A DNA stretch of 64,000 bases, taken from positions 40,052,001 to 40,116,000 of the forward strand of contig OZ024757.1 of NCBI GenBank assembly GCA_964016885.1. The letters run 5' to 3'. How positions within the stretch are numbered: the first letter of the stretch is position 1; every line of letters begins with the position of its first letter. The DNA comes from Eledone cirrhosa (taxonomy: Eukaryota). Below, one piece after another: positions 1-12,624 of the stretch. The position numbers were made by a program, and so were the translations under genes. Under the pieces are notes generated by a model that saw nothing but the letters and a program-made list of their open reading frames with translations, ran no database searches and had not been told where the DNA came from.

Positions 1-497
1 ACACACACATATACATACACACATATATACATACATACATACATATACATATATACATTGAACAAAAAATACATCCATCTCTCTCTGTCTCTCTCTCTCT
101 ATATATATACTTACACTTATGTGTATACATACACATACAAAGCTAGATATGTTTATGCACACATAGAAACAAACACACACACACATACATGTATGTAGAT
201 ATACATGAACATACATTTATCTCTCTCTCTATAAGTATATATACACACACAGTCTCTCTAAGTATATATATATATATATATATATACAATATCCAGGGTA
301 GTAATTCGTCTGCTTATTTGTCCTCCCTTCCTACCAAGGACCACACACAGACCTTCCTTTGTTTATAACTTCATCTCACTAACGTTTATATTCATTATTT
401 TTATTGACCAACCCACGACCACCACCTCTGACACGTCTTGCCATTTGTACTGCCTGAACCTTTCAGGGTGGCGATGTGGAATGGAATATACATATAT

Positions 498-538
<41 letters not shown>

Positions 539-861
539 GTGTGTATGACATACATATACATACATTATATATATACGACATGTATATACATATATATATA
601 AATATATGTATGTAACTGTGTGTGTGTGTGTGTGTCAAATACATGTACAAATATATATGTCGTATATATATATATATATTGTGACAGATACACATACATA
701 TATGTACGACATTATATATATATATAGACATCCATACACACATAAACGGACATATACATACATACTTTACCTTTGTTGTAAGATAAAAAACTGAAAATAA
801 ACCTACGCAGACACCATACTCTCATTTCATTGACTTTAAAGTCATATGCACTCAAATACAT

Positions 862-914
<53 letters not shown>

Positions 915-1266
915 AATAAATCAGAAGATCCCGTTAAGGGTGAAAGCAGCGATTCTTTGCTTAAACTTTAATCTGTTATTTTAATAAATATATATATATA
1001 CATATATATATAATTTAATATAAAATAATATATATATACAATATACATACATAGATATTTTATATACATATTGTGTACATATATATGTAAATAAATATTT
1101 ATATATACATAATATATAATATACACAGAACTTATATATTATGTGATGGGATGCTGGATTTTGAAAATCATTTACGCCATAATTCTCCTTTTAATTTTTA
1201 TGTATCACAGGTAGTTTGTACTTTTAAATATAACAGACACGTGTAGTGGTTCTCTCTCACTCTCTC

Positions 1267-1299
<33 letters not shown>

Positions 1300-1416
1300 A
1301 AATGTGTGTAATCCTTGGTACAGTTAGGTATATTAAGACAGGGGGGAAGAAAAAATGGCTTTACTTGTGCTTTCAACAAATTTATTTTCTTTCACAAAAT
1401 CCCAAAAGAATTTTTC

Positions 1417-1722
1417 TTAAAAAAAATTATTTGACAAATTAAGCTGTTGGTCTTTTTCTAGGTTCAGTTCATTCCATTCGTTGAATGCATTATTGGTGAT
1501 GGAGTTCTGTTCATGTGTAGCTATTTCAGGAGAAAAGATTTGTTCTTGTTTTTGCCGGTCTGTAATTAGTGAATCAAGTTTTTCCCTATAGCTGCGTGTT
1601 TGTTGTTCCATTTCTTGTACGGCATTCGTAAGGGAATCATATTTATCTATTATTATGGTGAGTTTTTCTGATATTTCCTGTAGTAGTGTATCCGATTTGA
1701 GGGATTCAGTAGAGGATTTTGA
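1417..1722 (-). other. Orphan 101-codon open frame (coiled-coil-like) filling an island between two (TA)n tracts
   Basis: The frame of the listed 1417..1611 ORF stays stop-free up to 1722 at the TA tract edge: SKSSTESLKSDTLLQEISEKLTIIIDKYDSLTNAVQEMEQQTRSYREKLDSLITDRQKQEQIF...NNFF*. AATAAA lies on the minus strand at 1381-1386. No homology recognised. Confidence 0.3.
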
Positions 1723-1723
1723 T

Positions 1724-1755
<32 letters not shown>

Positions 1756-1806
1756 AAATAAAATAAAATAAATAAGTCAAATATTTACAATTTGGCTTCG
1801 TTTATT

Positions 1807-1861
1807 ACTGCTATATATATTTCGTTGACAGCCATCTTTGGCTGTGACCTCTTCAGGCAGT
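1807..1861 (-). ncRNA. Minimal type I hammerhead ribozyme, intact core
   Basis: Minus strand reads actgc-CTGAAGA-ggtcacagcca aaga tggctgtcaac-GAAA-tatata-TA-gcagt: 5-bp stem I, stem II, palindromic stem III, AUA cleavage triplet. Confidence 0.85.
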
Positions 1862-2089
1862 CCGAATTAGTGTGGTATAGACGAGTACACATGTTGTTGA
1901 GGTGTTTAACTCTGTCAATACTGCGATATGTCCAGTTCCTGGTTAGGTTGTTATTATCCGAGGAAGGAACTGGTATCATATCCAGTTGCTCAGAGGAATA
2001 ACAACCTAACCAGGAAATGGACATATCGCATATTGACAGAGTTAAGCACCTCAACAACAGGTGTACTCGTCTATACCACACTAATTCGG

Positions 2090-2146
2090 ACTGCCTGAAG
2101 AGGTCACAGCCAAAGGTGGCTGTCACCTAAATATATATATAGCAGT
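2090..2146 (+). ncRNA. Hammerhead copy with GAAA>TAAA core mutation (likely inactive)
   Basis: actgc-CTGAAGA-ggtcacagcca aagg tggctgtcacc-TAAA-tatatata-TA-gcagt; mirror copy of 1807-1861. Confidence 0.65.
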
Positions 2147-3199
2147 AATAAACGAAGCCAAATTGTAAATATTTGACTTATTTATTTTATTTTACATTAC
2201 TCCGGAGTAACGAAACAAACCTGCGCACTTCGTCGAGTGCTCCAAGCTGCATACTCGGGTGTCGGTAAACAACCAATATATACTAAATATATATATATAT
2301 ATATATATGGATTGAAGGAGACGAGGCTGATGACCAGTGTTAGAAAGTAAGGCGACACAAAGAACAGTTAGAGAGTTTCCCTTCTTCAGTTGTCTACTAC
2401 GGGTCACGGACTTTTCAGCGCATTATAAACAATATATATATAGACACACACATACACCCATATATATATATACATATTTATATATATATATATATATATA
2501 TACATAGACACGCACGCGAATATATGTACTCACACATGTATTTATCAATATATACATACATATGTGTGTGTGGTGTGTGAATGTATCAACAAAGACGGTA
2601 CAGAACTTTACAAATCTCGGTTTCTGTGTATATAAAAAAAGTCAATACAACAATAACTAAAGATGAAACAAACAAAAAGTAATAACAACAATAACAAAGT
2701 GTTCTTTAACATTTCATCGCTTCCATTGTTAAACAAACTTGCACAATTATTTACCAAATAAATTTTAACGAAGGCTCTCGAATACATGAATTATATTTCT
2801 AATTTATAAATATACAATTTCTAAATTTATTAAAAATTACATTTATGGCAGAATCCTATACAGCTAATAACTAAATTGTATTTATAATAGCAATACTAGG
2901 TTCTTCAACTTTGGTTTCTATCAATACTCGTTTCTTCTAACGGAAACAACAAGAATTATATAACTGAAGCTATTGTCTTACCTTGGTAAGATGTTAGCGA
3001 AGAATATTCGATATTTTAAATAACGTCTACAATTTATAAATACCGAATATCATTGAATATATATTGACTACTTCAATCACAAACATTCTATTATATTTAA
3101 ATTTTATTTATTGCCATAATTGATGACAATGTATTAAGGGAACTCAAACAAAATACTCAACAATACTTAACAGCAACAACAAGAACGATAATAATTGTT

Positions 3200-3428
3200 T
3201 TAATAATTGTTTCTACTTTTGATAATTTGCTTTAGACTCAAAGCCAGTAATTTAGAGTGGAGGAGAAACCCGATTACATCAACCACAATGCGTTAGTGGT
3301 ACTTTATTTATCGACTCTGTGAGGATAAAAGAAAAAGATAACCTCGATTTAACCAATATTTGAACTCAGGACATAAAGGGCGGTAACCATACCACAAAAT
3401 ATGTGACCGTCGCTCTAGGGATACCGCT
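3200..3428 (-). mobile_element. tRNA-derived SINE, family 1 (Meta-domain-like core), diverged
   Basis: Matches the reverse complement of the window consensus gagttcaaatcccgccgaggttaactttgcctttcatccttacggggtcgataaaataaagtaccag. Confidence 0.7.
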
Positions 3429-5019
3429 AAGAGGTTCTTTCTCTGTGGGAGAATTTATTAGTTTCCTATTTAAGACATATTGAAATTGCTAGCGTTTGTA
3501 AGTTTTCCGAAGTATATTAAGGCAACAGTTTAATTGAATTCGTTGCAAGCAGATCATTTTCATGTTTTCTGTTGTACTCTATCATCTACTTTTCAATCAG
3601 TTTTCGAGGTTTTAGAATATATTGGTTTAATATTGATTAAGCAGAAATTATCTCTATGTGAGAGTTGAGAAAATGTGTTTGCGAATCTATAGCTGTTTAC
3701 TTTCGTGTTCAAACGTCTAGAAAGAAATAGCTGACATCTTATTTAGGATTGTTGCTTGTGTGGAGTAAGTTCCACGCCCGACAGACTAGATTCACTCCCC
3801 GATCTCACTCAGGTGTACTCTCACTGGCTATTTCTTTTTTCTTTCTGTTCTCTCACTCTTCTATGCGTGCGTGTGCGTGCGTGCGTGTATGTGCGTGTGC
3901 GTATGTGCGTGTGCGTGTGCGTGTGTGTGTGTGTGTATTTCTCACTTTTGTCTTTCTCGAACGTTCAGTATTTATTCTTTCCCGCATTACACAAAAACGA
4001 ACTCCTATACATCCCTGTCAGACATTCTCTAGGTCTCTTCACTCCCCGCCTCTATATATATTACATTCTTCTCGTATCTTTCTCTCACTCTCTCCCTATC
4101 TCTATTTGGCTGTCTGTCTGTGTGTGTGTCTCTCTCTGTTTCTCTTCCCTCACACATTACACAAGAACTAATTCTTATACACCTCTCTTAGCCACTCTCA
4201 TGGTCTCCATCACTACCTGTCTCCCCTCTCTCTATATATATGACATTCTCCTGGCACCTCCCTCACTCACTCACTCTCTCTCTACCTCTCTGTCTATCTA
4301 TGTGTCTATCCGTTTCTATCCCCTCACACATTACACAAGAACAAACTCTTATTCGTCAAATTAGTTGCTTTGTTACGAAACCCCAGAGATAAAAGTTAGA
4401 ATAAAGCGACACAACACACGTTGTGTATTGATGGTAAAGGAATTTATGCAAATCCAACAATAAATATTTATGATATAATAAATATGATTATGTGTAACAA
4501 TCATAAAGAAGGCTGGGTCAATAACATCATCATCGTAACAATAACTACCACAATAATAATACCAATAATAATATAAGAAAATGAAAAATAACAATAATAG
4601 TAATAATAATTTTGATGATCATAATGATGACAATCTTATTAACAATAATAATATTAATAAAATAATAATATTAAATTATAATAATGATATTGGCAGTAAT
4701 AAGATTATGCGATGGGGGACAATGAATAATAATAATAATAATAATGATAATATGAGGCCCTTCATGTTTATTCGTAGTTTTGCTTGGAAGCTTTTGTTGT
4801 TATTTATTGAAGAAGGATCCTTCAATAATGAGAAACAATTGAATGTCATAATGAAAAGAAATACGCCATGTAATCTTATGTCTCTGTATTAATACAAAGA
4901 ATTTATTCCGTTGCCATAACAATAATTGAAGAAGACCAATGACTTCTGACTTTGGTGTGAATTCTTGAGAGAAAGCATTTGTAAAAATAAATTTATAAAA
5001 AAAAAAAAAATAGTTATAA

Positions 5020-5200
5020 TAATGGATTCTGCTTTAGAAACAAGTCCAATAATTTTGTGGGGAGAGGAAAGTCGAATAAATCAACACCAATGTGTTACTG
5101 GTACTTTATTTTATTGACACTGTAAGGTTGGAAGCCATAGCAAACCAAGGCAGAATTTGAACTCAGAACGTAAAGGGACGTCATTCTATGCCACTGAGCT
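5020..5200 (-). mobile_element. SINE family 1 copy
   Basis: ttactggtactttattttattgac...gaatttgaactcagaacgtaaagg. Confidence 0.75.
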
Positions 5201-5315
5201 TATTATATAAGTGTTGGGACCCTGAATCTGTAATACAGTACACATACTGTACTATCCCAAGTGTAGAGTACTCTGTTGAGGAATGGTCTAACTATTTTAA
5301 AATTGGTTCTGTCCT

Positions 5316-5359
<44 letters not shown>

Positions 5360-5360
<1 letters not shown>

Positions 5361-5442
5361 CAAAGGAATTGTGGTAAGGAACCAGATGGACCATAACGCA
5401 CCAGAGTACTCAATACTTAGGGTAGTAGAGGTCATAATTTTT

Positions 5443-5443
<1 letters not shown>
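5360..5443 (+). mobile_element. Internally deleted copy of the TA-flanked element at 57165-57360
   Basis: Shares gtggtaagga(a/t)ccagatggaccataacgcaccagagtactcaatacttagggtagtagag and ends ...tttttcc(TA)n, but lacks the hairpin. Confidence 0.75.
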
Positions 5444-5497
<54 letters not shown>

Positions 5498-5519
5498 ACA
5501 TAGATTTTCTGTCATTACA

Positions 5520-5660
5520 GCATCAGAGTTACGGGGAGCTTTTGATTCCAGTATCGGGCCATATCGATTCAGATCGAACCTTGAGCTGATTAATTGTGAA
5601 ACGCGCGTCACCAATTAATAAACGTAATGAAGGCTTAACGATTCTTCCTTGTACTATTAT
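5520..5660 (+). mobile_element. Dispersed repeat (family C) with decayed long-stem-II hammerhead
   Basis: gcttttgattcc...cagatcgaaccttgagctgat...GAAA-cgcgcg-TC-acc...AATAAA; homologous to 27945-28085 and 55590-55682. Confidence 0.7.
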
Positions 5661-5770
5661 TACATACGTACGTACGTACGTAGATACTGATGTGTAAACT
5701 CCAATGTCTTGTGTCTATGTTAGAAACCGACTCTCTCTATTCGCAAAATGTTGTGAAATTATAAAACCTG

Positions 5771-5814
<44 letters not shown>

Positions 5815-6257
5815 GTTTACTCCTATCAGCTCTTTGGAAAGTATAGTGGACTGAGGTTCCGCATTTGGAACCGTCTCTTTTCCTTATAATAGTGAGAGAG
5901 AGGGAGGGGAGAGAGGGGGAGGAGGGAAGAGAGAGGGAGGAGGGAAGAGGAGGGGAGAGAGAAAGGAGCGGAGAGATAAAGAATGGGAGAGAAGGGGAGA
6001 GAGAGGGAGGGAGGAGGGGAGAGAGGAGCGACAATATCGTTTGAGAAACATCTTTCTGTACATATATCATGGTTTATACTTTAAGATGGAAAAGCCATTA
6101 TGAAAAATAATGGCTTTTCCACCATAAAGTTTGTACTTCTTCCTCTATTTGCTTTATATATATGTACAAAATACTGTCTTTCTCAACCGATATATGGTTC
6201 TTTCCCCCTCCGTCACTCTGTGTGTATTAGACAGAGAGCCTTAGAGAACCAGACACC

Positions 6258-6288
<31 letters not shown>

Positions 6289-6398
6289 GTGTGTATATAT
6301 TAATTTGAATTATTGATGCTCTGGGCCAACGTCCACTGAGCTTTTCTGTTGAGAAACAATCATCATACATAATATATATGTTATGATACGTTAACATC

Positions 6399-6431
<33 letters not shown>

Positions 6432-6544
6432 ATGTTGAGGGTGAGTTTTATTGTAGCACAATAAAGCAAGGCAAATATCGGATAAGTAGCACTCAACAGT
6501 TTATAAATAATATAAAATCAAAAGATGATTAAAAGAGTTTCATG

Positions 6545-6615
6545 TATTTTATTATGCGCATTTCAAAAACAAATATCATCATGGGATGATATTTGCGTTC
6601 TCATCAGATAAAACA
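6545..6615 (-). ncRNA. Minimal type I hammerhead ribozyme
   Basis: Minus strand: tgttttat-CTGATGA-gaacgcaaatatcat ccc atgatgatatttgttttt-GAAA-tgcgca-TA-ataaaata. Confidence 0.88.
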
Positions 6616-6704
6616 GGGAGACATGATATGAAGCTTAAAAAACATATGTTGATTTAATACTTCACTACTTGCAAGTGTTTTGTAAGCTTCATATCATGTC
6701 TCCC

Positions 6705-6775
6705 TGTTTTATCTGATGAGAACGCAAATATCATCCCATGGTGATATTTGTTTTTGAAATGCGCATAATAAAATA
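6705..6775 (+). ncRNA. Minimal type I hammerhead ribozyme
   Basis: tgttttat-CTGATGA(6713-6719)-long stem II-GAAA(6756-6759)-tgcgca-TA-ataaaata; 8-bp stem I, predicted cleavage after 6767. Confidence 0.9.
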
Positions 6776-6946
6776 CATGGAACTCTTTTAACCATCTTTT
6801 GATTTTATATATTATATATATTATATATATTATATATATATATATATAAAATTCTGCCCTTTCCTTTCGGTGTACTACATAGTTTCCTTGTACACAATTT
6901 GTTTATCTTATATATGTGTATGTATGTGTGTCGGTGTGAGAGAGGA

Positions 6947-7065
6947 TGGTTGGTTGGTTGGTTGGTTGGTTGGTTGGTGTGTGTGATTGTGTGTGTGATT
7001 GTGTGTGTGATTGTGTGTGTGATTGTGTGTGTGATTGTGTGTGTGATTGTGTGTGTGATTGTGTG
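6947..7065. repeat. (GGTT)n followed by a 12-bp tandem repeat (GTGTGTGTGATT)n
   Basis: Directly visible. Confidence 0.9.
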
Positions 7066-8329
7066 CCTGTGTTCTGAAAGCTTCCATTCTCATGCTAAGT
7101 TGCAATACAAATATTCTGTACTTATTGTTTACGAAAAGCCGATAACTGAGGAGCCGTACAGATTCGGGTTAGTCTTAGCGTTTCAGAGATTTAAATACTT
7201 TAGAAACTAGAATGTCGATATAATTATAACTCATTTTTAATTAGGTAATTTTTCAATAATTAAACTGTATTATACATATTTCTTTTGTTTTGTACTTTAA
7301 GAAGAAAAATAATTCTGTGGAACTGGTAATTGGATGTCTTGTTTCTCAATCTCACCTACTTTGAATTCGACCCATTAAAACAAAAATAGGTTTGACTTTA
7401 GTGGTGATTGAAATAATGTTCCTTTCTTTTTTCATTTAATATTGACTGCGATTGTCCTAATTAATTTGTTTTTAATTGGCCTGACCTTGTTTTATTATCA
7501 TTGAGTATTTTAAAGATGAACGAAATAAAATCTTGAAAGAAAAGTGTATCACTTCTGGCTAGAAAAATTTTGGGTTTAAAAATGGAGATTTAGTGTTTCC
7601 AGTTTTCTAATTTTTGTTCACGTAACTGAAATATCATGATATATACTACGTAAAATATTAAAAACACAAACAAGCAATATAAAAGATCAAGCAAAGAAAG
7701 AAAGTGAGGGAGAGTGCGAGAGATCAACAGACACAACATCCTACACTAAGCGCCGCTTCAGACGCACCCAGTGGACAATATGACAAAGATGTTACTGCAG
7801 AGAATGGCCAAAGACACTCGCTCCAACAGCCATTCCACCTCACAGGGTTACCTCCCTTTTCAGTTATGTTTTCACTGTTTAAAATAACATTTTATTTAAA
7901 TACTATAGAAATAATGCATCTTTTTCTTTTACTCATGGGACATGCTTTCCTGGATTTATTTCAAAATATATGAAAATGATCATTACGAATTGAAATCTGA
8001 TACATTTTAGGTAATTGAAAAAATATGTAAAAGAATTCCTAAGCCTCATGAGGTGAAAATTATTTCAGTTTTAACTGATAAATATCTAAGAAGTAATGGA
8101 GTTTGGGTTGGGTGCAACTTAAGTAAATCATTTCTAGACAATATCTATTGGAGTGACAACATAAACGTTTTATATTTGATTTATCTTGTAATATATATAT
8201 GTGTGTGTAATATAGCTACTGTACTACTGAGGGCAATGGGAATTCTTGTGATTTGTATCATGCTATAAGAATGTGAGTGTACACTCGCACACAGACTTAT
8301 ACACAAGGATAGAGTTTCTTGATTGGATT

Positions 8330-8920
8330 GAAATCAAAGACTGGACTGAGTTTGTGTGTTGTGTTCTTGAGCAGAACACTTCAAGTGGCTCCAGTGGTAA
8401 AAGATGTTGGGCTTACGATCATAATGTAGTGGGTTTGATTCCTGCACTGGGTTGTTTGAATGTTGTGTTTTCGGTCAAAACATTTCACCTCACGATGCCC
8501 CAATAGTAAGCGTGTTGGACATACGTTTATAATATCGAGGGTTCGATTCCTGAACTGGGTTGTGTGTTGTGTTCTTCAGTAAAACACTTCTTTTCATGTT
8601 ACTCCGGTATACTCAGATGAATATGAGCATCCCCAGCAGTAGCTGGGGATTTAATCCTGCGATGGACTGGTGTCCTGTTCCAGGGGAGAGTCTAGCGTGG
8701 TCTAGGGTGTAGACTGGACTGGATTTACGGGATATATTCTTGAACAAAACACTTCATTTCACGTCATTCGAGTACCAGCAGCTACAGCTGGTAGTTTAAC
8801 CCTGCGACGAACTGGCACCCTGCCCCGGGACAGGGGGAGAATCTTGATACCTGTCACTTGATGCTACGGAAACCATGATAAACACCAGCTTGATGAATAT
8901 CCGAGCTCGAGACAGATTTT
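8330..8920 (+). mobile_element. Cluster of partial tRNA-derived SINEs, family 2 (CORE/V-SINE-like)
   Basis: B-box ggttcgattcc, then tgtgttgtgttcttgagcaaaacacttcatttcacg repeated about 4 times, and cctgcgatggactggtgtcctgttccagggg. Confidence 0.7.
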
Positions 8921-9459
8921 AGACTTTTCAACAGGCTACAATTAAAACATTCACAACCACTCTTATCACAATATATACATTGACATCGGCATACTGACTC
9001 ATTTATTTATATATTTATTTATTTATGTTCGATTATAATTGACTTTGTTTTCTTGGGAGGGGGGGGGGGTTATTTTATTTAAACATTTTTTTTTCATCAA
9101 ACATTTCTTAATCTACTCAAATACTCTAAATTAATTTTACATCGTTTTTGCAAAGTCTTTAGTCTTAAAAAATAAAATTGAAAAAACATTTACAGAAAAA
9201 TATAAAATTATGATTGACATCAATTTCCTTTTTAGACTACACGCAAAAAGAGCACTATTATTACGACTCCCACCACCACTACTACTACTACTACTCCCAC
9301 TACTACTACTACTACTACTACTAATAATAGTATTTTTCCTATCATTTTACTGCACTGAATTCCTAAAAGATTGATATTCAAAGTTATATAAGTGGAGATC
9401 TAATTTATAATTCCGTAATTAGGCGTGAAATGAAATTAAGAGACACTAACAGAGCATTG

Positions 9460-9582
9460 ATGTAGGTGTGTAGCTTAGGGGATAATGAGTTGGATCTACA
9501 ATCGTGAGGTTGTAGGTTCGATTCCCAGACCGGGAGATGCATTAGGTCCTTGAAAACATGTTTTAATTTCACGTTGCTCTCT
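9460..9582 (+). mobile_element. SINE family 2 5' part
   Basis: ggtgtgtagcttag...aatcgtgaggttgtaggttcgattcccagaccgg...atttcacgttgctc. Confidence 0.6.
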
Positions 9583-11519
9583 CTAACAGGTGTTGCGATC
9601 GACAGATAACAATAGTATCAGGTACTTGAAAGACAAATGGAATAGAGGTCGATAAGAAAAGTAGCAGTTTAGTACTGGGGTCAATTCTTCCATTCTGTCA
9701 ATCTTTCTATCATTCACTGGAAGAAATCTTCTCTGTTCAGACATGGAGAATATGGGCTCTGCCTGGTTTTGAATTGCCCAAGGAACGCCACATATCAACC
9801 CTGCCCACCAAATACTATCTCAAGTTTTATGCGTACATGCATAGATTTAGAAAGTGTTGGGGGATGGGAAGCTTTCTCTATCACCTTCTGCTGATTAACA
9901 AATATCATTATATTAAGCAAACGTGTAGAACTAAACCAGCACATGAATCAATATTGGTGATTTCTTTATTGATTATATGATTTCATAGATGAATAAGCAT
10001 ATTTAAAGCCAACATCATCCATGCCAAATGTATTCTGGCGAAAGTGCGAAGTTCTTGCTTGAATGCCAGTTCTGTTTAAGAGAGGATACTAAACTGAAAG
10101 TGAATTTTAAACCATCTACAAATCTTCTAAAGCATCTCCTAACCTACACAAGGGGAATTAAGCCTTGCAGGCTAAATTAAATTAATCTAGAATTGTAAAT
10201 GTATTCGTGAGCATGTTTGCTTATGTATGTTTGTCTATGGATGTATGTGGATGTATGTGGAGTAAGATGAAATCTTATAAAACGGAGCAAGCAATTAATT
10301 ATATTTTATCTGGAAATAAGCCATATATTTCAGCATACATAGGGCAACATTTTTATTTCTTTCATTCAAAACTTCGAGAAAATGTAAGTGCATTTAGGCA
10401 AGATTAACTTCTTTGGCTATCAAAATATATATAATTGAATTACCAAAGGAAATGCATGTATACAAACTGGCGTGCATCAGTAGTTTTCCAAAGCACCATG
10501 CGTTTGCATATATGTGTATGTGCACGGGTTTACGTGTGTGTATGTTCAACTGCTTACACGTATATGTGTGTGAGTGTAACTGCTCACGTATGACTGTGTG
10601 TGTGTGTGCGCGTGTGTGTGTGCGCAAATAATTTATATATTTATTTATTATATATTTGTATCCGTTTTTTTATATAAATAGACAAAAACGAAGTTGCTAG
10701 TGAATTTCGATAAAGATACAATTCCTTTTTCTATAAGCTGATACAAAATACAGCTGGAATTATCCCTATTGTCTACATTTCCCAAGCTGATTTCCACAGG
10801 ATTTGAACACAAAACATAGAAAAATCACTATTATGTATTATAAAGCATTATCTCCTCGTGTTACTCGTCACGATAGGACAACGATTTAAGAGACAAAGAG
10901 AGAATGAGAACGAAACGAACTGAAACTAAACGAAACGAAACTCAAGTATACTTCACAATTATTGCTTCTCCATTCCCCAGATATTTTTCCTTCCATTAGA
11001 AAACAAAGCATTTCCTTTCATTTTAGATGGAAATTATAGATACTAGTAGTTTCTAAATTTTACTCTACATCAGAAGAGAATTTCGGCATTCTTTGTGGAT
11101 TCTTACAAAATAGTGTACTTAAGAAAATACATTGTGTTAAAGATATTACTGAAATAATATTTATTAAACGGCAGGTCTATTTTGATAAGAAAATACATAT
11201 AATTTGTCGTTTCATGCTTTCTTGTTAAGAAATGACATTTTGGGTCTCGAGAGGCTGATGTAGTAGGTAGTAAGTAAAAGAGAAAGAGATGAGTGGAGTT
11301 AGAGGCAAAGAAAACATTAACAGTTCTTAAAGAATCTCTTAGTATGTTGTTATTGCAACGTACGTAAAGACTGAGGATTCTTTAGGAAATAGAATATTCG
11401 GCTGACGCAACACAATCATATCAGACGTTGGGTGTGAATTTCAAAGTAAAGGATCTTATAATTGTCAAGCCTTAATAAAGCAAATGCAACAACGAAATTA
11501 GACTAATTGTAATTATGGT

Positions 11520-11970
11520 AAAGTGTGGTGGAATGGTAGTATCGGTAGAGCGTCGGATACCATGCTTTATGGCATAGAGTTGCGTCCATTTAAGTTCTGA
11601 TTTAGCTTTTCCTTTCATCCTTACAGGGTCAATAAAATAAAGTACCAGTAATGGTCAATAAAATAAAGTACCAGTAATGGTAATCGACTTTCTCCATCCC
11701 TTCATATTGCTGGCCTTGTCCTTATAGTAGAAACCATTATTCTTATTATTATTGTGGATTGGAACAATCGGGAGAGCGCCAGACAATATGCTTTGCAGCA
11801 TAGAGTTATAGCGCTTTATGTTCTGAGTTCAAATCCCGTTATTTTAGCATTGCCTTTCATCATAACGAGGTTGATAATATAAAATACCAGTAATGCACTG
11901 GGGTCGATTTAATCGTCATTCCTCTTTCCCCAAACTGCAGGCCTTGTGACCAAAGTAGAAATCATGAAAA
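11520..11970 (+). mobile_element. Two tandem SINE family 1 copies
   Basis: Each has the head (tcggtagagcgtcgga), the core cctttcatcc...ggtc(a/g)ataaaataaagtaccag and the tail gctggccttgtg...agtagaaa. Confidence 0.8.
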
Positions 11971-12624
11971 TTATGATAAATGGGAAGTAAATTTCTGACA
12001 AATGTGTTGAAATATGTGTACTAAACATGCGTAGAATCACAAAATGAATAATGGATATAAAGTATTGACCCGTTCTCTACCCCTTCCTCCTTTATATATA
12101 TATGTGTATGTGTATGTATGTATGTGTGTGTGTGTGTGTGTGTGTGCGCGTGTGTGCGTGTGTGTGTATGTGTGTCAGAGAGAGAGAGAGAGAGTGTGAG
12201 AGTGTGTGAGTGTGTGATCGTGTGTGTGTGTGTGTGTGTGTGTGTGAGTGTACATGTACGAATGCATGTGTATATATATATATACACACACACAATATAT
12301 ATATATATATATATATATAAACACGCACAGATATTCTACTTATATACATATATACAGTAAGTTGTAGAAAGGAGAAAAGAAGAGAAGGTAGCTCGTTAGT
12401 ATAAGACAGGTTTAACGTTTTATTAACGAGACTACAGTGTAACATAGGGTACAGCAGCTTCCTAACTAATTTCTCACTTTGCGACACAACTGAAGGATAT
12501 TTCCAGAATATTAACAGAACAACAATGGCTGACTAGTGAATTGACGTGTAAATATCTACTTCGAGGAGACAATTAGATGATGCCGTTGGTGTTAATACTT
12601 CTTCTTCGTCGCCTACGTATTCCT

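Larger units (their letters stand above)
1759..2194. mobile_element. Fold-back element (~200-bp inverted arms) carrying hammerhead motifs; probable Penelope-like terminal repeat in inverted configuration
   Basis: 1759-1955 is the near-perfect reverse complement of 1997-2194, and the spacer also pairs partly (aactgg/ccagtt). It abuts a (TA)n tract on the left, with a further tract at ~2287. Confidence 0.85.
6507..6814. mobile_element. Fold-back element (~138-bp arms, ~30-nt spacer) with an intact hammerhead on each strand
   Basis: 6507-6644 is the reverse complement of 6676-6814 with only a few mismatches; followed directly by (TA)n. Confidence 0.9.

Noticed and set aside
1785-2126. Pair of similar ORFs on opposite strands
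   Set aside because: A by-product of the inverted repeat; no coding evidence.
2308-2430. CTGATGA (+) and CTGAAGA (-) in a TA-flanked island
   Set aside because: I could not build stems II, III and I around either core; possibly a repeat fragment, but not supportable as a ribozyme.
7704-7973. Moderately GC-rich ORF, possible exon
   Set aside because: No recognisable domain or convincing splice signals.
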